Counted from the whole stretch's first letter, positions 36,663 to 49,271 are shown. The stretch is 63,995 nucleotides of DNA, filler included, from Lama guanicoe (GCA_013239625.1; 176 parts of 176 records of this genome joined end to end with filler, not necessarily neighbours in it), one strand, 5' to 3'. Program-made: numbers and translations. The notes: generated by a model not told the origin, from the sequence alone.

Positions 36663-38584
36663 NNNNNNNNNNNNNNNNNNNNNNNNNNNNNNNNNNNNNN
36701 NNNNNNTTAATTAATTAANNNNNNNNNNNNNNNNNNNNNNNNNNNNNNNNNNNNNNNNNNNNGTACTAGTAGACACTCAATAAATATTTATCCAAAGAAT
36801 CAGTGGATGAAGTGAGTCAATAAATCAACCAAAGTGTGGGGAGCTGGATGCCATTTACAACCTGAGGGTCCCCTTTGCTATCACAGTAGGTGACAGTTGG
36901 TGGTGGTAGTTGTGTCTGTAGAAGCAGTGAGCAATGCAAGTGATGAGATGAGGGTTGTACCTTGCAGAAGTGGGTGGGGGGTGCTGCCACTCATGGAGAG
37001 AGAGAGACTGCTGATAGGCAGGAGTGNNNNNNNNNNNNNNNNNNNNNNNNNNNNNNNNNNNNNNNNNNNNTTAATTAATTAANNNNNNNNNNNNNNNNNN
37101 NNNNNNNNNNNNNNNNNNNNNNNNNNTTGAAAAAGGAGAAGTGTAGGCAAAGATTTATAAGCAAGAGTCTTTATTAAAGAAAGGAATGTTCATGGTTTGG
37201 GGAAATGCGTACAGTGCAAAATTAAGTGGAAAAAGCACATATATTTGTAATTATTTGGTACAGTGTTTCTCAGCAGAGGTGCTGCAGGCATTTTGGATGG
37301 ACCGTATCTTCACTGGGTAGGATGCACCTGTTAGTGTGTCAGTAACTCTCCCTGTCATAGGACAACCAGGTCCCCAGTATTCCCACACCANNNNNNNNNN
37401 NNNNNNNNNNNNNNNNNNNNNNNNNNNNNNNNNNTTAATTAATTAANNNNNNNNNNNNNNNNNNNNNNNNNNNNNNNNNNNNNNNNNNNNTTACCAGGCA
37501 GGGAGCGTGCCCGGGGCAGTGACGGCTGCAGCTGGGGGAGGCCGGGTGGTGCAGGCGGGCAGGCAGGGCCCTCCCATGTCTTGTTCACGCCTCCCGCTTG
37601 GCCAAGCAAGCGGGACACTGCGGGCAGGGGCCTGGGGGGCGCAGATTATAAGAAGTTGACCTCTAGGCCACAGTGCAGAATAGGAAGCGTGGGAAAAAGG
37701 GGCCTGGGGCAAAGGATATCCAGTACAGTCCACCCAGCAGACAGGAGCCCAAGGNNNNNNNNNNNNNNNNNNNNNNNNNNNNNNNNNNNNNNNNNNNNTT
37801 AATTAATTAANNNNNNNNNNNNNNNNNNNNNNNNNNNNNNNNNNNNNNNNNNNNCAAAGGAATTCCATATTAGCAAATTACCACAAGAACCTGTTAGAGT
37901 TAACTCGTTTTGATTTTATAATGAGAAATCCCATTAAACAGGAAAAACTTTAAGTTGTGACTTAAAGTTTAAGGGAACATTCACTGGTTCTCAAACTAAA
38001 GCACTTAGCTTTGAGATTGCAGGTCAAGACTGCAAGGGAGAACAGATGTTTCTAAAACGTAAGCACAAATGTCATGGAACATACACCCCACTGCCAACTC
38101 TGCTCCCTAAACTCTCAGNNNNNNNNNNNNNNNNNNNNNNNNNNNNNNNNNNNNNNNNNNNNTTAATTAATTAANNNNNNNNNNNNNNNNNNNNNNNNNN
38201 NNNNNNNNNNNNNNNNNNTGGGAATGGACAGAGTTTCTGTCCAGCAAAGAGCAGGGCAAAGGAGAAAGAGTGGGGGAGGGGAAGCGACAGCCCCCTCCCT
38301 CCCCTGCCCAGCCCTGGCCTTCAGCCCCACGCTGTCCAGTTCTGGATCAGACACCGCAGTCCTCATCCTGAGCTGGACCACAGTCCTTTCTAAGCCTCAG
38401 CTACCCCAGACCTAACAGGCATAGTTAGCCAGGCTCCTAAGGCCGTGCCCAGGACTGAACAGGGAGCTTGTGGGCAAAATGTNNNNNNNNNNNNNNNNNN
38501 NNNNNNNNNNNNNNNNNNNNNNNNNNTTAATTAATTAANNNNNNNNNNNNNNNNNNNNNNNNNNNNNNNNNNNNNNNNNNNNAT

Positions 38585-38845
38585 AGTAGGGGTTTATTTG
38601 TACAGATGCTTAGAGTTATGTTAAAGGAAAGGGGAATTCAGGTTACAAAACAACGTTTAGAACAGTTTCTTGTTTTTGTAGAAGAAATTTGCCCTTGGTT
38701 TCCAGAACAAGGTACTGTTAATTTAGAAACTTGGAGGGTTGTTGGAGTCCGTTTGAGAGACTATTATACAACTAATGGCCCAAATAAATTGCCGGCCACT
38801 ATTCTTCCTTTGTGGCAGTTAATTCGAGATTGCCTCGATCCGGCA
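38585..38845 (+). mobile_element. gag: Endogenous betaretrovirus Gag matrix domain, JSRV/ENTV-like, open across the whole contig
   Basis: SRGLFVQMLRVMLKERGIQVTKQRLEQFLVFVEEICPWFPEQGTVNLETWRVVG...LWQLIRDCLD; contains the betaretroviral MA motif CPWFPxxGT and aligns without gaps to recalled JSRV Gag from residue 6. Confidence 0.92.
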
Positions 38846-38946
38846 ANNNNNNNNNNNNNNNNNNNNNNNNNNNNNNNNNNNNNNNNNNNNTTAATTAATT
38901 AANNNNNNNNNNNNNNNNNNNNNNNNNNNNNNNNNNNNNNNNNNNN

Positions 38947-39210
38947 AATAATGAACTTTAATCCACATCTTGCATCACAGACTAAAAATTAACTCAATGT
39001 CAATCATAGATCTAAAAGTAAATATAAGCTATAAAACCCCTATAAAAAAACTTCTTTCCATCCATGGGTTAGGCTGAGGTTTCTTAGCTATGACACCAAA
39101 AGAATGACACAAAAAACAAAACACTGATAAATTTAGACTCATAAAAATTAGTAACTTCTGCTCTTTGAAGACACTGTTGGAAGAATGAAAAGACAAGTCC
39201 TAGATGGGGA
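38947..39210 (+). mobile_element. Old LINE-1 ORF2 fragment
   Basis: 'aaaaattaactcaa...tcatagatctaaa...ttcttagctatgacaccaaaa...aacttctgctcttt...aagaatgaaaagacaag'. Confidence 0.85.
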
Positions 39211-40402
39211 NNNNNNNNNNNNNNNNNNNNNNNNNNNNNNNNNNNNNNNNNNNNTTAATTAATTAANNNNNNNNNNNNNNNNNNNNNNNNNNNNNNNNNN
39301 NNNNNNNNNNCTTGCTGTGTTAACTTGATCTTCCCTTCATATATTATGTTCTCCAATTAATTTACTGCAGTTAATATCAGTTGTTCTTCAACATCTCCTT
39401 GCTTTCGCCCCCTCCATTCCCTCTTTCTCCAGTGCTATCCCGCCCTCGCCTCTCTTGCGCTCTCCAGGACCAGGAGTGTCTCCCCCACACTCTCAATCTG
39501 TTCTGTCTGCCCGCCACCTGCACACATATTTCCTTAACTCTGCAGAATGAACTTTCCAAAATGGCAGCTGAGTANNNNNNNNNNNNNNNNNNNNNNNNNN
39601 NNNNNNNNNNNNNNNNNNTTAATTAATTAANNNNNNNNNNNNNNNNNNNNNNNNNNNNNNNNNNNNNNNNNNNNCTCTTCTGTAAGAGGGCAGAGTTTTG
39701 CCACATGTGATCTTCACCTACAGGGTGCTGCAGGCAAAGGCCCGAAGGGACACAGCCACAGCTGGCCCCACCGAGCGCAGGGCTGCGATTCCCATTGCAA
39801 ATGTCCAAGCTGTGTGGTCAGTCCCAGAGGTCCCGACACTCTGCCCCCGCAGCCAGCCGGCCACCTCCCGAATAGCTGGCCCCATCCCGGGTCTGCTTTT
39901 GCGGAGGCCCTGAGCCCTCCCCACACCCACAGCCCCACNNNNNNNNNNNNNNNNNNNNNNNNNNNNNNNNNNNNNNNNNNNNTTAATTAATTAANNNNNN
40001 NNNNNNNNNNNNNNNNNNNNNNNNNNNNNNNNNNNNNNGTCCTGGGGCTGCTCCGTCTGGTGAGGGCAAGCGTGTGAGGCCAGCCTGTCCCCTGGGATCC
40101 CTGCTGGCCATGAGGGGCTCACGGGGCAGCTGGACGCGGCCGCACTGAAATGGAAGCAAGTGCAGGCTGTATTGCTGGTCCGAGGATCTGGGATTTGAGG
40201 GAGGATCGGAGGCGAGAACTGTGCCTCCGGATGTGCCCCTGCCCCATCCCCCCTCCAGAAGGACCTGGGAGCACGTGCACAAAGCTGGGAGGTTGTCGTC
40301 TCNNNNNNNNNNNNNNNNNNNNNNNNNNNNNNNNNNNNNNNNNNNNTTAATTAATTAANNNNNNNNNNNNNNNNNNNNNNNNNNNNNNNNNNNNNNNNNN
40401 NN

Positions 40403-40666
40403 GGACGGCGCGCGGGCTGCGCGCGGGCGGGGTGAGGTGAGGAGGAGGAGGCGGCGACGGGACGAGAAGGGAGGGGAAGGGGCCATGGCCGCCCGGTGAG
40501 GCGGCGAGGCGGGGGGGTGGCCCGACCCCCCGGCCCCGGGCCCTGGGCCCCGGGGAGAGGCGAGGACGGACCGACGGACATGGGGCTCCGGAGCAGCCGC
40601 CGCCGCCGCCGCCGCCGGAGGACGCGGCCCTGAGAGGCCGCCGGGCCCCGGCGCGGCCCCCCGGGC
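40403..40666. promoter_or_regulatory. CpG island / 5' UTR-like fragment with a (GCC)n tract
   Basis: Extremely GC- and CpG-rich; GCC repeat near 40596-40616. Gene not identified. Confidence 0.7.
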
Positions 40667-41130
40667 NNNNNNNNNNNNNNNNNNNNNNNNNNNNNNNNNN
40701 NNNNNNNNNNTTAATTAATTAANNNNNNNNNNNNNNNNNNNNNNNNNNNNNNNNNNNNNNNNNNNNTTTTTTTTGTAATGAAGTAGAACATTTTACATTC
40801 TCAGATGCTGTGAATTACCAGGAAATAACTATGGTGAACACTTCCCTGACCAATGATTTCAAATTCTGCTTCATGTGTCTCCAATGCAGAGCTTATGTAT
40901 GAATATGCTTATATACTTTGATGATTCAGTCAGTGGTTGAATCTGTTATAAGAAGAATTGATAATGTTCTCTGAACTGTCTGCTATGTGCCATTTACAAC
41001 AACTGGGCATGTTAGCCAAAATTGTATTCANNNNNNNNNNNNNNNNNNNNNNNNNNNNNNNNNNNNNNNNNNNNTTAATTAATTAANNNNNNNNNNNNNN
41101 NNNNNNNNNNNNNNNNNNNNNNNNNNNNNN

Positions 41131-41394
41131 AATTGTATGAGTTCTTTGCATATTTTGGATATTAACCTCTTATCAGATAGATGATTTGCAAGCATCTTCA
41201 CCCATTGTGTAGGCTGCCTTTTCGTTTTGTTGCTAGTTTCCTTTACTGTGCAAAAGCTTTTGTGTTTAATATAGTCTCGTTTGTTTATTTTGCTTTTCTT
41301 TCACCATCCCCCCAAATATTGCTAAAATCAATATCAAAAAGTGTCCACATTGTAAAATGACTGTAACTCAATTTTAAAAAAATGTAAAAAAAAA
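41131..41394. mobile_element. Antisense L1 ORF2 fragment followed by a short sense L1 3' terminus with poly(A)
   Basis: 41131-~41344 antisense ORF2; from ~41346 'cacattgtaaaatgactgtaactcaa...aaaa' resembles the L1 terminus seen reversed at 55940-55971. Confidence 0.75.
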
Positions 41395-42950
41395 NNNNNN
41401 NNNNNNNNNNNNNNNNNNNNNNNNNNNNNNNNNNNNNNTTAATTAATTAANNNNNNNNNNNNNNNNNNNNNNNNNNNNNNNNNNNNNNNNNNNNCAAGCT
41501 CTTTGATGGACTTCATATTCAAAAGCTTCTAGATTGTCATTATTGAGGCTACCATTGAGAGTAATGCCTAATTTCCTCTAAAATGTATATTTATCATGCC
41601 TTAATTATTATTCTTCATTTATATCTGAAAATAATTTGGTAGAGCACCAGTAACCTATTTTAGAAACCAGAAATATACTAGTTGCCACAGATTCTGAGTC
41701 ATTAACATCCATTAAAAGTCATTGGCAGACTTATTGTTGTGATAGCTGTAAATACCCANNNNNNNNNNNNNNNNNNNNNNNNNNNNNNNNNNNNNNNNNN
41801 NNTTAATTAATTAANNNNNNNNNNNNNNNNNNNNNNNNNNNNNNNNNNNNNNNNNNNNGGCGTGCGCTCCACCCCTAACACAGCGACCACGGCTCCTCCC
41901 CACAGAGGCCGCCCTGGGAACTCGGGGAGGCGGGGCACGTGCGGGTCCTGTGCACGTGTGACCCGCTCTGGCCAGGTGGGTGAGTCGGTGTGTGTGTGTG
42001 TGTGGAAGCACTGAGCTGAGGCACCTCGGAGCTCAGGCCTGCGGCCGTGCTGGCCTGTGTTTCTGGCGTGTGGCTGGTGCCCAGCGTCTCGCTGCAGGCT
42101 GCCGCTCTCCGTGCTCTCCTTCNNNNNNNNNNNNNNNNNNNNNNNNNNNNNNNNNNNNNNNNNNNNTTAATTAATTAANNNNNNNNNNNNNNNNNNNNNN
42201 NNNNNNNNNNNNNNNNNNNNNNTCCTTGTCCTGCCATGATCCACATGAAAGTATAGAATGTTTCTTCTGACCTGAGAGTTGCATTCAAGTTGGGTGTGAG
42301 CATTCAGTTCACAGCAGGAGCAGGCACCACCCACCATGAGGGACACAGGACACTCCTTTCATTGATTCAAATCCCTGCCTGTTCCACGAATGGGCCTGGC
42401 AGAAAAATGTCCTGGCAGGGATGACAGCATGCGAAGAGGCTAGAGTAGGTGGCCTTTGAGGCCCCTTCCAGACTTACGCTGACCTCNNNNNNNNNNNNNN
42501 NNNNNNNNNNNNNNNNNNNNNNNNNNNNNNTTAATTAATTAANNNNNNNNNNNNNNNNNNNNNNNNNNNNNNNNNNNNNNNNNNNNAGTAGTAATGGAAA
42601 CGTATATCAATTATAAACATGTCCTAAAAAATATGGTATCAGGTCACTTTATTTTTAACTTTCCATGGTTTAAAATGACGGGAAGAAGACATATATCATT
42701 CAATGTAAAAATTAAAAAAAAACATTAACCCAGATGTGACAATCTGATTATTAAATACCTAACTATATGACTTTTGCCCTTCCCAACCTACTCCCACATA
42801 TATATATCCCCACTGTGGTCAGCTATAACAATTAAGAGGGTGTTCTAGTANNNNNNNNNNNNNNNNNNNNNNNNNNNNNNNNNNNNNNNNNNNNTTAATT
42901 AATTAANNNNNNNNNNNNNNNNNNNNNNNNNNNNNNNNNNNNNNNNNNNN

Positions 42951-43214
42951 TGATCTTCCTCCCCAAAACACTAACCCCTGTCTAACCATCAGGAAAAAAA
43001 AATCAGTCAAACCAAACATAGTGACATACTACAAAATACCTGACCAGAACTCTTAGAAACCATCAAGATCTTCAAAAACAAGGAAAATCTCAGAAACTGT
43101 CACCGCCAAGAGGAACTGAAGAGCCATGAGAGCTGCATAGGATATGGTATCCTGGACAGAATTCTGGAACAGAAAAAGAACACTGGTTACAAACTAAGGA
43201 AATATGAATTCAGC
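42951..43214 (+). mobile_element. L1MC/L1MD-like 3' UTR fragment
   Basis: 'ctacaaaatacctgaccag...aaggaaaatctcagaaactgtcac...ggtatcctgga...tctggaacagaaaaaga'. Confidence 0.8.
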
Positions 43215-43314
43215 NNNNNNNNNNNNNNNNNNNNNNNNNNNNNNNNNNNNNNNNNNNNTTAATTAATTAANNNNNNNNNNNNNNNNNNNNNNNNNNNNNN
43301 NNNNNNNNNNNNNN

Positions 43315-43578
43315 GAGACTGTAGAAGTCACAGTGACTACAAAGGCTTAGTGTATCTTTAGGGAAGATATGAGGAGAGGGCGACAAGGTACATTCTTTAG
43401 ATATGTTAATTACAAAGTGGACCACCAGACCAGCCAGTTCCTAGTTTGGGGGATAAAAGACTATTAACAGCAGGCACGCTCAGCATTTATAGCTGAGGGC
43501 CTGGGTCGTTCCTTTGCAACCAGCAGTGTTATCTAAAACCTCAACTATGCAAGCAAGGCATTGTCTCTGCTTTTTACG
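43315..43578. mobile_element. Probable LTR fragment, same family as the start of 47683-47946
   Basis: 30-bp identity between 43547-43576 and 47683-47712, then divergence; LTR assignment is by general appearance. Confidence 0.5.
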
Positions 43579-44042
43579 NNNNNNNNNNNNNNNNNNNNNN
43601 NNNNNNNNNNNNNNNNNNNNNNTTAATTAATTAANNNNNNNNNNNNNNNNNNNNNNNNNNNNNNNNNNNNNNNNNNNNGACTTGTCAGATGTCACTGAGA
43701 TCACAGCCATGAAGTTCCTTATACCATGCCTGGTGCAGGGTAGGTGCTCAGTGAGGATTTTCCTTCTTCAAGTAGCTCAGATTTGTTATTATGCTTCCCT
43801 TGGAAGTGAGAAAAAGTCTTTTATTAAATTAGGAAATAATAGCAACCTGTGTTGTTTCTTGGTCAAAGATGTCAGCCTGAGGCAGAATTCCAAGTTGGAT
43901 GCTTGGAGAGTCAGTGGGAGCACCACAAGACCCTCCCCCTCCNNNNNNNNNNNNNNNNNNNNNNNNNNNNNNNNNNNNNNNNNNNNTTAATTAATTAANN
44001 NNNNNNNNNNNNNNNNNNNNNNNNNNNNNNNNNNNNNNNNNN

Positions 44043-44306
44043 TCCTAAAGGCAGCAAGAGGAAAACAAATAGTGAGTTACAAGGGAACCCCATAAGGCTT
44101 TCAGCTGATTTCTCTACACAAACACTACAGCCAGAAGGGAGTGGCAACATATATTCAAAGTCCTGAATGAAAAGAAGATGCAGCCTAGGATACTTAAGCC
44201 AGCAAGGCTATGTTTTAGAATAGAAGGAGAGAGAAAGAACTTCACAGACAAGCAAACACTAGAAGAGTTTAGCAACACTAACCCCATGCTAAAAGAAATA
44301 TTGAAA
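44043..44306 (+). mobile_element. LINE-1 ORF1 C-terminal region (frameshifted)
   Basis: LKAARGKQIVSYKGTP/IRLSADFSTQTLQ/RREWQHIFKVLNEKKMQPRILKPARLCFRIEGERKNFTDKQTLEEF; classic ORF1p motifs. Confidence 0.95.
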
Positions 44307-44408
44307 NNNNNNNNNNNNNNNNNNNNNNNNNNNNNNNNNNNNNNNNNNNNTTAATTAATTAANNNNNNNNNNNNNNNNNNNNNNNNNNNNNNNNNNNNNN
44401 NNNNNNCC

Positions 44409-44669
44409 ATGATCGTGGTCATCACCCTGGATGCCCGTCTGCACTCCCCAATGTATTTCTTCCTCAAGAACCTGTCCCTCCTGGACCTGTGCTACACAAG
44501 CATCATCTACCCCAAGGCTCTGGCCACCTTCCTGTCCTCGTCCAGGGTCATCACCCGTGGGGGCTGTGCCACCCAGTTCTTCTTCTTCTCCTTGATGGGC
44601 ACCACTGAGGCGTTCCTCCTCGCTGTGATGGCCTATGACCGCTTCACGGCCATCTGCAGCCCCCTGCAC
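44409..44669 (+). CDS. Class II olfactory receptor, TM1 end to IC2, open frame
   Basis: [16 protein letters not shown] and [18 protein letters not shown] motifs; no stops in 87 codons. Confidence 0.93.
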
Positions 44670-45498
44670 TNNNNNNNNNNNNNNNNNNNNNNNNNNNNNN
44701 NNNNNNNNNNNNNNTTAATTAATTAANNNNNNNNNNNNNNNNNNNNNNNNNNNNNNNNNNNNNNNNNNNNTGTTTTCAAAAGAGTCCTATGTCATAGGAA
44801 TAAGACGTAATTATTCATCTGAATTTATATCTCCATCTGTCAACAATTCCAGTATCCAGAGGAAAACTGTTCTCAACTTTTGAGCATTGCATTTTCAACA
44901 TGGAGTAGAGAACTTAACTATATTCCAATTGCTCATATATGCAGTGCACATAGATTTGCACAATTTCTGGTGACTATATATTTAACAAATAGCAAACGCT
45001 CTGTTACATGTGGCATCTTTGTGTAGCCAGATCCNNNNNNNNNNNNNNNNNNNNNNNNNNNNNNNNNNNNNNNNNNNNTTAATTAATTAANNNNNNNNNN
45101 NNNNNNNNNNNNNNNNNNNNNNNNNNNNNNNNNNGGAGGTGGTGGTGGATGGGAGGCGAAAGGTGGCATAAAACAAGAGTAAGGGCTTTGTGAACAGCTA
45201 AGGGGTTTATTGATATAAACGCATCCTACTCACTGCCGAAGGCTTACATGTGCCTCCCTGGCTCCCTGTACCATGCCGGTCTCTCGTCCTGTGACTGCTC
45301 ACCTGTGGGCGACACTAATTCACTCTGGCAGTTAGGAGAAAAGCACAGCCCAATGTCCTCTCAGTCCCTGGAGTGGAGGAGTTAAGTCACTTCCACTCNN
45401 NNNNNNNNNNNNNNNNNNNNNNNNNNNNNNNNNNNNNNNNNNTTAATTAATTAANNNNNNNNNNNNNNNNNNNNNNNNNNNNNNNNNNNNNNNNNNNN

Positions 45499-45762
45499 AA
45501 AAAAATTGACAAAACTTAAGCTAGAATACCAAGGGAAAAAAAAAAAAGATGACCCCAAAATAAATAAATCAGGAATGAACGTGGGAACAGTATTACCAAC
45601 CTTACAAAAAAAAATGGATTATAAGAAATATTATAAATAATTATATGCCAACAAATTAGGTAACCTAGATGAAATAAAATTTTTGGAAACATAAACAGTG
45701 CTAAAATAGACCTAATAAAATTATGAAAATGTTTCTGTTTATAATAACAAAATTTTAAAAAT
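45499..45762 (+). mobile_element. LINE-1 ORF2 fragment (post-endonuclease)
   Basis: 'aaaattgacaaaac...ggattataagaaatattataaataattatatgccaacaaattag...cctagatgaaat'. Confidence 0.85.
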
Positions 45763-47318
45763 NNNNNNNNNNNNNNNNNNNNNNNNNNNNNNNNNNNNNN
45801 NNNNNNTTAATTAATTAANNNNNNNNNNNNNNNNNNNNNNNNNNNNNNNNNNNNNNNNNNNNTTTTTTTTTTTCCATTGTGATGAGAACTTTAAGGATCT
45901 ACTCTCTCAGCAACTGTCAAATATACAATACATTGTACAGTATTGTTAACTGTAGTCACCATGCTGGACACCACACCCACAGGACTCACTTGTCTTATAA
46001 TTGGACGCTTGTCTTGTTTGACCGCTTCCACCCATTCTCCCTGCCCTGAAGAGACATCTTGAAGGGAACACTCTACTTGGTAGAGTTCAAAAAGTTTTCC
46101 AGCAGCTTAGAGTGGGCAAAACTTCCNNNNNNNNNNNNNNNNNNNNNNNNNNNNNNNNNNNNNNNNNNNNTTAATTAATTAANNNNNNNNNNNNNNNNNN
46201 NNNNNNNNNNNNNNNNNNNNNNNNNNCATAGGAGGAAAGGCTGGGCATTGGGCAGAAAGTGGATTCTAAGAGGCACGAATCCATCACAGCTTTCAGTATC
46301 TCACACATTTAGGGACTCAAAAATTGGAGTTCAGGACTGCCTGGGAAGACAGGACCTGAGGCTAAGACCTCTGAGATGAGAAGTGTAGAGGATACTCTTG
46401 GTTTCACCTGAAGGCACTTTATAAATTCTTAAGGTGTACAGGCAACAAGCTAAAAAGTCAAGCAGAAGGCAGGTTGAAAGAAAAAAAAAANNNNNNNNNN
46501 NNNNNNNNNNNNNNNNNNNNNNNNNNNNNNNNNNTTAATTAATTAANNNNNNNNNNNNNNNNNNNNNNNNNNNNNNNNNNNNNNNNNNNNTATAGTCTTA
46601 ACGTTAGGGACTCATTTACTCTCACATCTAAATTTTAATCTATTATTATAGACAAGAAGATCTGTGCTACCCTAATCCCAGTTCAAGGCAGGACTTGTTG
46701 CCCAGCTATGGGCAGTGCAGTCAGCCAAACACTTTCATATCATAATTCCTTCAGGGTTGGGTTCAGCTGCAGAAAGAAAACTTCACTGAGGTCATGGATT
46801 GCCTAGGTATCTGCATTTAACAGCTGACAAAGGCAGGTACACAGAGGTCCTTTTNNNNNNNNNNNNNNNNNNNNNNNNNNNNNNNNNNNNNNNNNNNNTT
46901 AATTAATTAANNNNNNNNNNNNNNNNNNNNNNNNNNNNNNNNNNNNNNNNNNNNTTGGCCCATGTGGAGTTCTGTTTCTGCCTCCGTGTCGACTCCGCGT
47001 GTGGGGACCACCGTGCAGCAATGGGGTGAGCCAGGAGAGAGGCTCGATGACATCCACAGGGTGAGCCGTTCTGTCCAGCTGGCTGTTGGCGGCCTCGTCT
47101 GAAGATGCTCGTTGGTGGGCATTCACAGAAGACGTTAAACATGGTCTTGGTTTGTGCCTTTTCACATCGTTCCATCCACGCACCAACTGCCCCAGCTTTT
47201 CCCACCATTAATCTTTGANNNNNNNNNNNNNNNNNNNNNNNNNNNNNNNNNNNNNNNNNNNNTTAATTAATTAANNNNNNNNNNNNNNNNNNNNNNNNNN
47301 NNNNNNNNNNNNNNNNNN

Positions 47319-47582
47319 CATGCTGACCACCGGCACACAGAGCCCAGACCAGCTGGAACCAGAAGGCCGATGACTGCCATTCCTGAAACATGACCCTGCG
47401 ACCCCACCACCAAGCAACCCGAGAACTGTGCATGAGCTGATCGCGTGCTCAGCAGCCCACACCCCTAATGCTGCCTTGAAAAGCCCTTCTCTGAAAGCCA
47501 CCAGGGAGCTCAGGTCTTTTGCGCATGAGCCGCCCATTCTCCTTGCGTGGAGCCCTGCAATAAACGCTGCACTCTCCTTCAC
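47319..47582 (+). mobile_element. ERV1-type LTR (U3/R)
   Basis: LTR-like layout with a poly(A) signal in 'gcaataaacgctgcactctccttcac' (AATAAA 47559-47564). Confidence 0.65.
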
Positions 47583-48046
47583 NNNNNNNNNNNNNNNNNN
47601 NNNNNNNNNNNNNNNNNNNNNNNNNNTTAATTAATTAANNNNNNNNNNNNNNNNNNNNNNNNNNNNNNNNNNNNNNNNNNNNATGCAAGCAAGGCATTGT
47701 CTCTGCTTTTTATGGCAAGGAGACTGGAGTGTGGATGCACAGGTGCCTGCTTGCAAGGCAGTTACTGAGCACATTTGTTTTTTAAGGAGACAAGCGGTTG
47801 GGGTCTGTTACAATTTGTTAACCTAATCATGGGCTCCCATAAAGAACGACCTCTGTTGTTTGCCAAAAAAAAAAAAATCAGGTGATGTACAACACAAAAT
47901 CAGAATGGCAATGGTTATAAAGACATTGAATATCCATTTTTAAAATNNNNNNNNNNNNNNNNNNNNNNNNNNNNNNNNNNNNNNNNNNNNTTAATTAATT
48001 AANNNNNNNNNNNNNNNNNNNNNNNNNNNNNNNNNNNNNNNNNNNN

Positions 48047-48310
48047 AGCTCAGGTTGCTATAACAAAAATTCCATAGTCTGGGTTTCTTATATAAACAAC
48101 AGAGGTTTATTTCCCATCGTTCTGGGGGTTGAAAGGTTAAGATTTCGGGTGCCAGATGGTGAGGATCTGGTAAGAACCATGTTCCAGGTTGCAGACTGCC
48201 ACCTTCTCCTTGTATCCTCACATGGTGGAGAGCAGAGAGAGGAAGCAAGCTTTCCCGAGACTCTTGTAAGGGCAGTCATCCCATTGAAGAGGGCTCCACC
48301 CTCGCAGCCT
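48047..48310 (-). mobile_element. MaLR LTR (MLT1A/B-like)
   Basis: 'gctataacaaaa...aaacaacagaggtttattt...ttgcagactgccaccttctc...tcctcacatggtggagag...gagggctccaccctc'. Confidence 0.9.
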
Positions 48311-48793
48311 NNNNNNNNNNNNNNNNNNNNNNNNNNNNNNNNNNNNNNNNNNNNTTAATTAATTAANNNNNNNNNNNNNNNNNNNNNNNNNNNNNNNNNN
48401 NNNNNNNNNNTTCCTGAATTTTAGTAACACATTTAATTTTCAAACATTTGTCACAATCACAAAACCAAAACCCAAGATGAATAATAACTTTTTATGGCTA
48501 TATTTTGTAGACTGTACCTATTGAATCTCCCTTCAGCGTACTGGCAAACTTTTTATGAAAGAAGGGAACCATGAAGCTATTTGTGAATTAATCAGAGAAG
48601 CAAAATATACTCCAGGCTGTTTATGTTTGTTTGGAGGTTAGTTGTTTGATCCAAATATACATTTTTCATTATGCNNNNNNNNNNNNNNNNNNNNNNNNNN
48701 NNNNNNNNNNNNNNNNNNTTAATTAATTAANNNNNNNNNNNNNNNNNNNNNNNNNNNNNNNNNNNNNNNNNNNNAATGGATTCAGAGTAACGA

Positions 48794-49021
48794 CAGTTGA
48801 CCCTTGAATAATACTGGTTTGAATTGCATGGGTCCACTTATACATGAGTTGTTTTGTTTTGTTTTTTCAATAGTAAATACTACAGTACTCCAGTATTTGC
48901 AGTTGTTGAATCCATGGATGCAGAACCATGGATACAGAAGGCTGATTGTAAAATATATTTGGAATTTTGACTCTGTAGAGGATCAGAGTCCCTAGTTCCT
49001 GCACTGTTTGTGGGGCAACTG
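48794..49021 (+). mobile_element. Complete Tigger2a-like MITE (~228 bp)
   Basis: Inverted termini cagttgaccc...gggcaactg, followed by TA. Confidence 0.85.
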
Positions 49022-49173
49022 TAGTTCACTGACTCCTANNNNNNNNNNNNNNNNNNNNNNNNNNNNNNNNNNNNNNNNNNNNTTAATTAATTAANNNNNN
49101 NNNNNNNNNNNNNNNNNNNNNNNNNNNNNNNNNNNNNNGAATTAAAATATCACCAGAAGTGTTATTTTCCTGT

Positions 49174-49271
49174 CATCCAGCTCCTAACTTCAGTTTAAGT
49201 GCATCAACCCAATAATATTTTGCATCCAGCTCCTAATTTCAGTTTAAGTGCATCAACCCAATAATATTTTG
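49174..49271. repeat. 49-bp tandem duplication with one mismatch
   Basis: catccagctcctaaYttcagtttaagtgcatcaacccaataatattttg at 49174-49222 and 49223-49271. Confidence 0.95.

Noticed and set aside
43547..47712. 30-bp match between the end of one contig and the start of another, suggesting they join
   Set aside because: The overlap is shorter than 49 bp and diverges before the contig end (acg versus atg), so these are different copies of one repeat family.
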